Made by a program: the position numbers and the translations under genes | Assembly: GCA_041659345.1 (NCBI GenBank) | Contig: JBAZYI010000001.1 | Location: 1 to 56,856 of the forward strand | Reading direction: 5' to 3' | Source of the DNA: Candidatus Nanopelagicaceae bacterium | GTDB taxonomy: Bacteria > Actinomycetota > Actinomycetes > Nanopelagicales > Nanopelagicaceae | DNA: 56,856 nucleotides | Notes under the pieces: generated by a model | What the model saw: only the letters and a program-made list of their open reading frames with translations | Databases searched by the model: none | What the model was told of the DNA's origin: nothing | Shown: in pieces, positions 19,900 through 27,794 of the stretch | How positions within the stretch are numbered: the first letter of the stretch is position 1 | Layout: every line of letters starts with the position of its first letter

Positions 19900-22095
19900 A
19901 TGGAAACGCGCTCTTTTACTGATTATCTCCGTGGGCTAGATGACGCGGCGCTGCTCTCCATGTTCGCCCTCAGGCCCGACATCGTCGCGCCGGTCCCACC
20001 TGAGCTCTCGTCGCTGGCTATACGGGCGAATTCAGCTCCAAGTCTCTCTCGCGCGGTAGAGAGCCTCAATGAATGGCAGTTCCAAGTTCTTGAAGCATGC
20101 ACCGCTCTCAATGAGCCAATGACCGAGAAGGAAATACTCTCTCTCACGGACACCTCAGCAAAATTTGTTATTCCTCACCTGATCGCCATGGGCCTCATCT
20201 ACAAATCAAATGACGGTCTGCGTCTACCAAGCACCTTAAGAGATGTACTGGGCAATGAACCGGCTGGACTCGGGCCAGCTTCCCTGGCGAAACTCTCCAT
20301 GAAGAAGTTGGACGAAGCCCCGGATGATTCGAAGAAGGTTCTGGAGCGACTGACCTGGGGCCCGCCACGCGGAAGCGTGGGTGACATTAGAAATCCAGGA
20401 CCGGGGATCGCTTGGTTATTGAAGGAGAATTTTCTAGTACCACTAGACCAACGCACTGTTGTCCTTCCTCGTAATGTGGCTCTTCATTTGCGTGGTGGAA
20501 AGATTCATAAAAACCCCACGCCAAATCCTCCGCTTCTAACTGGCAAAGAAATCGAGCAGAAGGCGGTTGATCGCGCGGCAATTGCCAATATTGCAACTTT
20601 TCTTCGATGGTGTGAGGAGATTCTCAATTTCTGGTCTGAGGAGCCACCCAATGCGTTGCGAGCCGGAGGTCTAGGTGTCCGTGACCTCAGAGCAACAGCC
20701 GAGCACCTGGGAGTTGATGAAGATTGCGCGGCATTTGTCGCAGAACTCGTGTACCTAGGTGGACTAGTTGTAATCGACGCAGATGATCGAATATTGCCAA
20801 CTCATGCTTTTGATCTCTGGCTAACCCAGAGCCCACAAATTCGTTGGCGCAATTTAATATCTCTCTGGCTTCTGACCTCGCGGGTAAGCGGTCTTATCGG
20901 CAGAGTGGAGTCAAAAAACATTGCTGCTCTGGGTCCAGAACTGGACCGCGTAAATGCGGCAAGTGCCCGGAAAATTACTCTTGGAATTCTGAAAGATCAC
21001 CCCGGAATATCTCCCGACATTGACAGTCTTCTCGCCCTGGCTAAATGGTTAGCGCCCTCGCGACGAAATTCCTCAATCCAGGGTGATTTGGTTCGATGGA
21101 CGCTTCGTGAAGCAGAGTGGCTTGGAATCACTGGACAAGGGGTCATTTCTCGATATGGGGTACGACTGCTTGAAGTAGATACTGATCTTGAGATTGATAA
21201 GGATTTACCAAAGTCCATCGATCACATTCTCATTCAGGCAGATAACACCGCAATAGCGCCCGGCCGCCTGGAAATTGAGATTGCTCGAATTCTCGATTCC
21301 ATCGCTGATATTGAAAGTCGCGGAGGCGCCACCGCCTACCGATTTAGCGAAGCATCAATCAGACGAGGATTAGATCATGGCAGGACTGGCGATGAGATCA
21401 AGGATTTCCTAAGAAAATGCTCCAAGACTCCGCTCCCACAACCACTTGATTACCTCATTACCGATGTCGCTAAGCGACACGGTCGGCTTCGTGTCGGAAA
21501 CATAAGTGCATACCTACGCTGCGAAGACCCGACTCTCATCACTCAAATTCTCAGTGATAAGAGACTTGAAGGATTACCACTTCGTCGGATCGCACCCGAA
21601 GTTCTAGTCTGCGATCTTGAAGCAAATGAAATAATTTCATCTCTTCGTCTGGCAGGGTACTTACCAGCAGCGGAATCGGGTTCGGGAATTCTTCTCACCG
21701 GCCAGCGTCTCAATCGCGCAAAATCAAAACCTCGTCCGCCAAGAGTGATGGGAGATATCGAAAGCCCTTCGGAGGAGACACTTCTGGCAGCACTCCGGTC
21801 ACTGCGCGCGGGAGAGCGATCAAGCCGTAAGCAGAATTCACTTCGGAAGATTGCGGCCGACGCCCTCGGCTCGCTTCCAAGAACGAGCGCAAATGAGACC
21901 TTGGATCTCCTCAACACATTTATAAAAGAATCTCGAACTCTCTCCATCGGATATGCAGATAACAACGGAGCCGTGACCCACAGAATCATTGATCCACTGA
22001 GTATCAGCGCGGGCTCTCTTGTTGCACGAGACCATGGCACTGGAGAGATTCAAACCTTCCGGATTCCTCGAATAACCGGAGTAGCACCACTGTGA
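19900..22095 (+). CDS. Large XPB-associated protein (Helicase_C_3-like; resembles my recollection of mycobacterial Rv0862c)
   Basis: 731 aa with no catalytic motif I can recognise. The call rests on size, composition and location just upstream of XPB, as in other actinobacteria. The family name is from memory, not a search. Confidence 0.65.
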   Translation: METRSFTDYLRGLDDAALLSMFALRPDIVAPVPPELSSLAIRANSAPSLSRAVESLNEWQFQVLEACTALNEPMTEKEILSLTDTSAKFVIPHLIAMGLIYKSNDGLRLPSTLRDVLGNEPAGLGPASLAKLSMKKLDEAPDDSKKVLERLTWGPPRGSVGDIRNPGPGIAWLLKENFLVPLDQRTVVLPRNVALHLRGGKIHKNPTPNPPLLTGKEIEQKAVDRAAIANIATFLRWCEEILNFWSEEPPNALRAGGLGVRDLRATAEHLGVDEDCAAFVAELVYLGGLVVIDADDRILPTHAFDLWLTQSPQIRWRNLISLWLLTSRVSGLIGRVESKNIAALGPELDRVNAASARKITLGILKDHPGISPDIDSLLALAKWLAPSRRNSSIQGDLVRWTLREAEWLGITGQGVISRYGVRLLEVDTDLEIDKDLPKSIDHILIQADNTAIAPGRLEIEIARILDSIADIESRGGATAYRFSEASIRRGLDHGRTGDEIKDFLRKCSKTPLPQPLDYLITDVAKRHGRLRVGNISAYLRCEDPTLITQILSDKRLEGLPLRRIAPEVLVCDLEANEIISSLRLAGYLPAAESGSGILLTGQRLNRAKSKPRPPRVMGDIESPSEETLLAALRSLRAGERSSRKQNSLRKIAADALGSLPRTSANETLDLLNTFIKESRTLSIGYADNNGAVTHRIIDPLSISAGSLVARDHGTGEIQTFRIPRITGVAPL

Positions 22096-22153
22096 ATGCC
22101 GCCAAGTGGAATGCCGCCACTTTGAATGCCACCGGGTGGAGTGTCGCAGGCGA
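22094..22153. repeat. 15-nt tandem repeat, 3 good copies plus 1 degenerate copy
   Basis: GAATGCCGCCAAGTG / GAATGCCGCCACTTT / GAATGCCACCGGGTG / GAGTGTCGCAGGCGA at 22094, 22109, 22124 and 22139. It starts inside the stop codon (TGA 22093-22095) of the preceding gene. Confidence 0.8.
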
Positions 22154-22182
22154 GTCTCCAATTCAAGCCAAGATAGGGAAGA

Positions 22183-23265
22183 ATGAAGCCCATGAGTAAC
22201 GACTCCATGCTGACCGAACTGGAAACATTGGTGCGTTCTGAGTCCCCCAGTGAAGACCTCGAAGCATGTTCGCAAGTAGTACAAGTCGCGAGTGAGATTG
22301 CTCTGAGAGTCCTCGGAAAGCCCGCCCGAATTCGCAGCGTTAACGGGCGACCAGTTTTCTGGTGGGGAGATGAAAATCCAGAAGTGATCCTCCTCGGGCA
22401 CTTGGATACTGTCTGGCCAAAGGGATCTTTCGAGCCACTGTGGGACGTAACCGGAGATGTCGCGCGGGGCCCTGGAATATTCGATATGAAAGCCGGATTT
22501 ATCCAGGCACTCTTTGCACTTAAGGGCGTGGAAGGTTCTGTAGCCCTTATCGCAACCACAGACGAAGAAATAGGCAGTGCAACGTCGAGAGAAATGATTG
22601 AAGAAATCTCTCGATCATCAAAAGCAGTGCTTGTACTAGAAGCAGCAGTCGATGGGAAGGTCAAAATTGGCCGAAAAGGCACATCGATGTATCAGATCTG
22701 CGTGCATGGCAGAGCAGCGCATGCCGGTCTTGAGCCGGAAAAGGGGATAAACGCCACAACCGAAATGGCCTCGATTGTCCTACAGATGGCAGCTCTGGAA
22801 AACACAACTCACGGTACAACTGTCGTGCCAACCGTTCTTCGATCAGGCAACACAACAAATACTGTTCCTGATCTGGCAACCCTTGACGTCGATATTAGGT
22901 CCTACTCAAAAGCAGAACTAGTCCGCGTGGACGCAGCGATCCGAAGGCTGGCGCCCCAGAATCCGGACGCGCGTATCGAGATTTCAGGTGGCCTCAATCG
23001 TCCGCCTCTCGAACCTACTTCTACTCAATCTCTGTACGAGGTTGCGGCAAAAGTTGCCAAGGAGATGGGCTTCGAACTTGGAGCTGCGAGTGTTGGTGGT
23101 GCCAGCGATGGAAACTTCGCGGCAGCTGCTGGTGCCAATGTACTCGACGGTTTAGGTGCTGTGGGGTCGGGAGCGCACGCTAAGGGCGAGTGGGCTAGCG
23201 TCAAAGAACTTTCGGCACGAAGCGAATTCCTCCACCAATTTATCAAAGTGTTACTTCATGAGTGA
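22183..23265 (+). CDS. M20 family metallopeptidase (carboxypeptidase G2 / glutamate carboxypeptidase-like)
   Basis: 360 aa with M20 motifs GHLDTVWP, GIFDMKAG and TTDEEIGS. Confidence 0.85.
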   Translation: MKPMSNDSMLTELETLVRSESPSEDLEACSQVVQVASEIALRVLGKPARIRSVNGRPVFWWGDENPEVILLGHLDTVWPKGSFEPLWDVTGDVARGPGIFDMKAGFIQALFALKGVEGSVALIATTDEEIGSATSREMIEEISRSSKAVLVLEAAVDGKVKIGRKGTSMYQICVHGRAAHAGLEPEKGINATTEMASIVLQMAALENTTHGTTVVPTVLRSGNTTNTVPDLATLDVDIRSYSKAELVRVDAAIRRLAPQNPDARIEISGGLNRPPLEPTSTQSLYEVAAKVAKEMGFELGAASVGGASDGNFAAAAGANVLDGLGAVGSGAHAKGEWASVKELSARSEFLHQFIKVLLHE

Positions 23266-24907
23266 TGGACCGCTAATCGTCCAGAGCGATAAAACACTTC
23301 TCCTTGATATCGATCATCCTTTAAGTACTGAGTGTCGCCGAGCCATCGCACCGTTTGCAGAATTAGAACGATCGCCCGAACACATTCATACTTATCGGCT
23401 CACCTCCCTTGGGTTGTGGAACGCGCGTGCAGCTGGGCATGATGCAGAACAAGTGATCGACACACTCATTAAATATTCTCGCTACGCCGTGCCGCATTCC
23501 ATTCTTGTCGATGTTGCAGAAACTATGTCTCGTTATGGTCGTTTACGTTTGGAATCAGATCCAGTACATGGGCTCATTCTCATAACCACGGACACTGCAG
23601 TACTGGAAGAAGTGATTCGAGCAAAGAAGATTGCACCTCTCCTTGGGACAAGGATTGACACCCAAACGATCGGCGTCCACGCAAGTCAACGTGGCCATAT
23701 CAAGCAGGCGCTCTTGCGACTTGGATGGCCAGCTGAAGATTTCGCGGGATACGTCGATGGGCAAGCCCATGAAATTGCACTCGTTGAAGATGGATGGAAA
23801 GTTCGCCCCTACCAACAGCTCGCCGCCGAAGGCTTCTGGCACGGCGGTTCAGGCGTAGTTGTACTCCCCTGCGGTGCAGGAAAGACCATTGTTGGCGCTG
23901 CCGCAATGGCCCATGCAAAAGCGACCACTCTTATTCTTGTCACCAATACGATCGCGGCTCGTCAATGGCGCGAAGAGCTTCTTCTTCGAACCACCCTCAA
24001 TGACGATGAGATCGGGGAGTATTCAGGATCTAAAAAGGAAATCCGCCCAGTCACAATTGCCACCTACCAAGTCATGACGAAGAAGAAGAATGGTGTCTAC
24101 GCGCACCTCGATCTCTTCGATACTCACGACTGGGGACTAATTATTTATGACGAAGTTCACCTTCTACCCGCCCCGATTTTCCGCTTTACTGCCGATATTC
24201 AATCCCGTAGGCGCCTCGGACTTACGGCAACTCTCGTTCGCGAAGATGGGCTAGAGGGTGAAGTCTTTTCCCTAATTGGACCAAAGAGATATGACGTGCC
24301 TTGGAAAGAGATCGAAGCTCAAGGGTATATCGCTCCAGCCGAATGTATTGAAGTGAGAGTCACCTTGACTGAAGCTGAAAGAATTGCATACGCGACAGCC
24401 GAGCCGGAAAATCGATACCGCCACTGTGCGACGACCGTGACTAAGAGAAAGGTTGTCGAAGAGTTGGCCAAGCACCACGCCAACGACCAAGTGCTCGTGA
24501 TCGGGCAGTACATCGACCAACTTGATGAACTCTCAGAGGTACTTGGTGTGCCACTCATCAAAGGTGAGACACCCATTAAAGAGCGTGAACGACTTTTCAA
24601 TTTATTTCGAAAAGGTGAAATCAAATGCCTGGTCGTTTCGAAAGTAGCAAACTTTTCCATTGACCTCCCGGATGCAACAGTTGCTATTCAAGTCTCCGGG
24701 GCATTTGGATCGAGACAGGAAGAGGCGCAACGTCTCGGAAGGATTCTGCGTCCTAAATCTGATGGTCGAACCGCGCGATTTTACTCAGTGGTTTCACGGG
24801 ACACGATTGATCAAGACTTCGCACAGAATCGTCAGCGCTTTCTCTCAGAGCAGGGATATTCGTATCGAATTATTGATGCTGACGATGTCTATCAAGGGAA
24901 GATTTAA
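23258..24907 (+). CDS. xpb: DNA repair helicase XPB (Ercc3-like, SF2)
   Basis: Start reset to ATG 23258 (MSDGPLIVQSDKTLLLDIDHPL..., an XPB-type N-terminus), overlapping the M20 stop by 8 nt. Walker A LPCGAGKT, DEVH box, and the XPB signature RED motif (TATLVREDG) are present. Confidence 0.92.
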   Translation: MSDGPLIVQSDKTLLLDIDHPLSTECRRAIAPFAELERSPEHIHTYRLTSLGLWNARAAGHDAEQVIDTLIKYSRYAVPHSILVDVAETMSRYGRLRLESDPVHGLILITTDTAVLEEVIRAKKIAPLLGTRIDTQTIGVHASQRGHIKQALLRLGWPAEDFAGYVDGQAHEIALVEDGWKVRPYQQLAAEGFWHGGSGVVVLPCGAGKTIVGAAAMAHAKATTLILVTNTIAARQWREELLLRTTLNDDEIGEYSGSKKEIRPVTIATYQVMTKKKNGVYAHLDLFDTHDWGLIIYDEVHLLPAPIFRFTADIQSRRRLGLTATLVREDGLEGEVFSLIGPKRYDVPWKEIEAQGYIAPAECIEVRVTLTEAERIAYATAEPENRYRHCATTVTKRKVVEELAKHHANDQVLVIGQYIDQLDELSEVLGVPLIKGETPIKERERLFNLFRKGEIKCLVVSKVANFSIDLPDATVAIQVSGAFGSRQEEAQRLGRILRPKSDGRTARFYSVVSRDTIDQDFAQNRQRFLSEQGYSYRIIDADDVYQGKI

Positions 24908-25124
24908 ATCTTTCAGGATCAACTCGGAAAAAAGCGTGATGTTCGTTATTGATATGAATGACCGGCACTTGCTCGCCATACGCTTTCTCTAGAGCAACAT
25001 CCCCGTCGATGAATCGTTCTTCTATATCAAAATCCAGTTCATTTCGTAATAACTCCAGCGTACTGACAGCAACTTCACAGAGATGGCAGCCATGCCTGCT
25101 GTAAACAGTTACGCGAGTAGGCAT
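24870..25124 (-). CDS. Glutaredoxin-like small protein (DUF836-type)
   Basis: 84 aa with a CxxC site (RHGCHLCE) and a thioredoxin-fold pattern (VPVIHIN). Confidence 0.8.
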   Translation of the reverse strand: MPTRVTVYSRHGCHLCEVAVSTLELLRNELDFDIEERFIDGDVALEKAYGEQVPVIHINNEHHAFFRVDPERFKSSLDRHRQHQ

Positions 25125-25209
25125 TCTCTACCTTTCCGAGCGACCAATAGCGCAGGAGGTCAGGATAGCGGCACCCTCTTATCATCTCACCCTGATACCT
25201 TTTCCCAAT

Positions 25210-27585
25210 ATGCAAAATCGCCTACCTAACCGGATCCGCATCAGCGTTGCTCTTGTGGCGGTGGTTGCTGGGCTTATAGCCGCTCCCTCTGCTCCCGCGC
25301 TTTCCCTCTTCCATGAAATTGCCTCAACAACGTGGGGACACACGTACGCAGGAATTCCAACGACGCATGTCACTGGTGCGAAACCGCCAACTGTCAACCT
25401 TGAGAAGCAGAGCACATTCCTTGTTACCTACAATAATTTTCCCGAGTGGGCGAAGATAGATGTACAGGCCGCAATTGATGTCTGGTCGGCGAATTTTGCA
25501 TCGAGTGTTCCCATTCTTGTGGACGCGACTTGGGGTCGATCAGCATCTTCTGGAATTCTTGGGAGTGCACGTCCTGGCAACTACTTCTCGAATTTTAAGA
25601 GCGCGCCAGACGCCACACTCTGGTATCCCTCAGCACTTGCAAATGCAATTGCCGGCGAAGATTTGGACCCATCAAGTCCAGAGATAGTCATCCAAGCAAA
25701 TGCGGATGCAACTTGGGACAAACGCAATGACGGCGCGCCAACAAGAACTGAATACGACCTTGAATCCGTTTTCATCCACGAACTTGGCCATGGACTAGGC
25801 TTTCTTTCCACTAATGCCTTCGACCCATATTTCAAATTTGGGATCCTTGATCAACCAACTGCATTTGATGCCTATGCTCAAACACTTGACGGTCAACGAC
25901 TTTCCGACTTCCAATCCCCCTCGTATGACTTAGGGATTGCACTCACTCATGCCCTCATGTGGACCGGGCCACTAGGAATCGCGGCGAATGCCGGTGTGAA
26001 GCCGCTTCTCTACACTCCACCTCGCTATGAGATCGGATCTTCGGTTAGCCATCTTGATGAAGCCACCTTTACTTCCTCGCAAAATTCAATCATGACTCCC
26101 GACTTAGGATCCGGCGAGGTCTATCACGATCCTGGTCCATTGGTAGTCGCGATGCTCGCGGACCTAAGAAATAGGCCACCTGCCGGTGTCTCCAGTGCAA
26201 TTCCACTCCCCCCACAAAGCCCATCAGCGTTGGTTGGAGACCGTTCGACGATCATAACTTTCGGCTTGCCCGCCAATGTTCGTAGCACCCAAATAACAGA
26301 GTACGACATCACAAACGAGAAAACTGGCGAGCAATTTACTGCTACTTCAAGTCCGGTTTTCATCTCTGGGCTGAAAAATGGCATCTCGTACAGTTTCTCC
26401 ATCTTCGCAAAGAACGATCTGGGCCAATCCGAAACCGTCCGGACAAATCAAGTAACTCCGCAATCTGCGTGGCGGGCCACTATTTTGGACGCAGCATCTG
26501 ATGGAGAACACATAGCCTCCACTCTCTTCAAATCTCAGCCCGCAATTGTTTATACATCGAGTACTAGGAAGGATCTCAAGCTAGCCCTATGGACTGGCAA
26601 AATTTTGAAAAAGATTACGATTGATGGGCGCGGGGGAACACTGGGAAGAACGGTTCACGACACATCCGGTCCAGTCTCAGTATGTGTAAGTGGGATCGGC
26701 AATAGTCAGGTATTGCACATTTTCTATTCCGATCTCGTGGACGATGACTTACGCCATGCAACCTACGATGGAAGTAAATTCAATTTTGAGATCGTGGATG
26801 GAAACGGCCCCATCGTTCAACCATACGATCAACCAAACCGAGTTCGGACGGCAAGCGATGTGAGTGTCAGTAATGCATGTGCAAGCACGGCGATTGGGTT
26901 GCAAGTTTTCTACCGCGATGAGACGCAAGGAATCCTGCTTGGTGCATTCAGGGGCGCGACCGGAAAATGGACATACGAACTAGTTGATGGCGATAGGAAG
27001 ACAGATAATCGAACCACTGGTGATGTGGGTACCCATTTAAGCGCCGTCGCAGTAGGTTCTAAAGTGAGCCTCATTTATGATTCAGTACTCCAAGTCAACC
27101 AACAGCGGCAGGTCATTGCTGGCGAAGTCCGACTTGCAACCAGAACTGGAAATTCGCCGTTGTGGAACTACCGAACTTTGGATACCTCCAACGGCGCCGT
27201 TGCTGTCGCAGGTTATGAAGTCTCCTTAAACAAGAGTTCCGAAGGAGTCATCGCAAGTTGGCTCACGGCAAGCAGGATCTCAATTCCGCGACCAACTCAA
27301 ATCCGGTGGGACAATATTTCCGACACCGCACTTCCCATAACACTCACCACTGAGGGTTTCGGATTACCAAACGCTGCCCTCAGCGTTGACAGTCGAACCT
27401 TAATCTTTGGTTGCCAGAATCGGATATGCGCCGCCGATCTCAAACCCTCAGGAGCCAAAGGCGCCCTGCACCTTATTTCAAATGTACAGAGCACTATCCC
27501 GTCAGAGAGTGCCTGGGTGAGAATCAACAAAGTTCGCTACGCGGTTCTCTCGGTCGCAGGCAAAATTAGCCTACTTAAACCATAG
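25210..27585 (+). CDS. Secreted multidomain protein: HExxH zinc metalloprotease domain + FN3-like domain + repeated beta-rich C-terminal region
   Basis: 791 aa with a Sec-type signal peptide (no lipobox Cys). HELGHGLGF lies at aa 190-198 (nt 25777-25803), followed by SVSHLDE (H281) and SIMTP (M295). An FN3-like segment spans about aa 333-417. At least four repeats of the type ..[IVF]Y..L[KR].A...G.W....[VL]DG.G span aa ~432-690. Confidence 0.7.
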   Translation: MQNRLPNRIRISVALVAVVAGLIAAPSAPALSLFHEIASTTWGHTYAGIPTTHVTGAKPPTVNLEKQSTFLVTYNNFPEWAKIDVQAAIDVWSANFASSVPILVDATWGRSASSGILGSARPGNYFSNFKSAPDATLWYPSALANAIAGEDLDPSSPEIVIQANADATWDKRNDGAPTRTEYDLESVFIHELGHGLGFLSTNAFDPYFKFGILDQPTAFDAYAQTLDGQRLSDFQSPSYDLGIALTHALMWTGPLGIAANAGVKPLLYTPPRYEIGSSVSHLDEATFTSSQNSIMTPDLGSGEVYHDPGPLVVAMLADLRNRPPAGVSSAIPLPPQSPSALVGDRSTIITFGLPANVRSTQITEYDITNEKTGEQFTATSSPVFISGLKNGISYSFSIFAKNDLGQSETVRTNQVTPQSAWRATILDAASDGEHIASTLFKSQPAIVYTSSTRKDLKLALWTGKILKKITIDGRGGTLGRTVHDTSGPVSVCVSGIGNSQVLHIFYSDLVDDDLRHATYDGSKFNFEIVDGNGPIVQPYDQPNRVRTASDVSVSNACASTAIGLQVFYRDETQGILLGAFRGATGKWTYELVDGDRKTDNRTTGDVGTHLSAVAVGSKVSLIYDSVLQVNQQRQVIAGEVRLATRTGNSPLWNYRTLDTSNGAVAVAGYEVSLNKSSEGVIASWLTASRISIPRPTQIRWDNISDTALPITLTTEGFGLPNAALSVDSRTLIFGCQNRICAADLKPSGAKGALHLISNVQSTIPSESAWVRINKVRYAVLSVAGKISLLKP

Positions 27586-27645
27586 GGATGCTTCTACGTC
27601 AGAGTCACTATCTTTAAGTGGTACCCAATAGGAATAGAAGATGTA

Positions 27646-27744
27646 TTACTTGGCGTTGCGACGCTGAATACGGGTTTTCTTCAGAAGCTTCTTATGCTTC
27701 TTCTTGGCCATCCGTTTGCGTCGCTTCTTAATAACTGAACCCAT
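27646..27744 (-). CDS. 30S ribosomal protein bS22 (32 aa)
   Basis: Manual translation gives [40 protein letters not shown] sits upstream of the ATG (27742-27744). It is below the 60-aa cutoff of the ORF track and matches the highly basic actinobacterial bS22 sequence I recall. Confidence 0.85.
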   Translation of the reverse strand: MGSVIKKRRKRMAKKKHKKLLKKTRIQRRNAK

Positions 27745-27794
27745 ACGCCACTTACTCCTTTTGATTTAATACTCGACCTTCTAAGGGGGTTACA

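Noticed and set aside
21543-22682. 165-, 187- and 210-aa minus-strand ORFs opposite the XPB-partner and M20 genes
   Set aside because: All are antisense to genes with clear motifs (the M20 HLDTV/DMKAG/DEE motifs). The GGIQSGGIPLGGIHSG stretch in one of them is simply the 15-nt tandem repeat read on the other strand.
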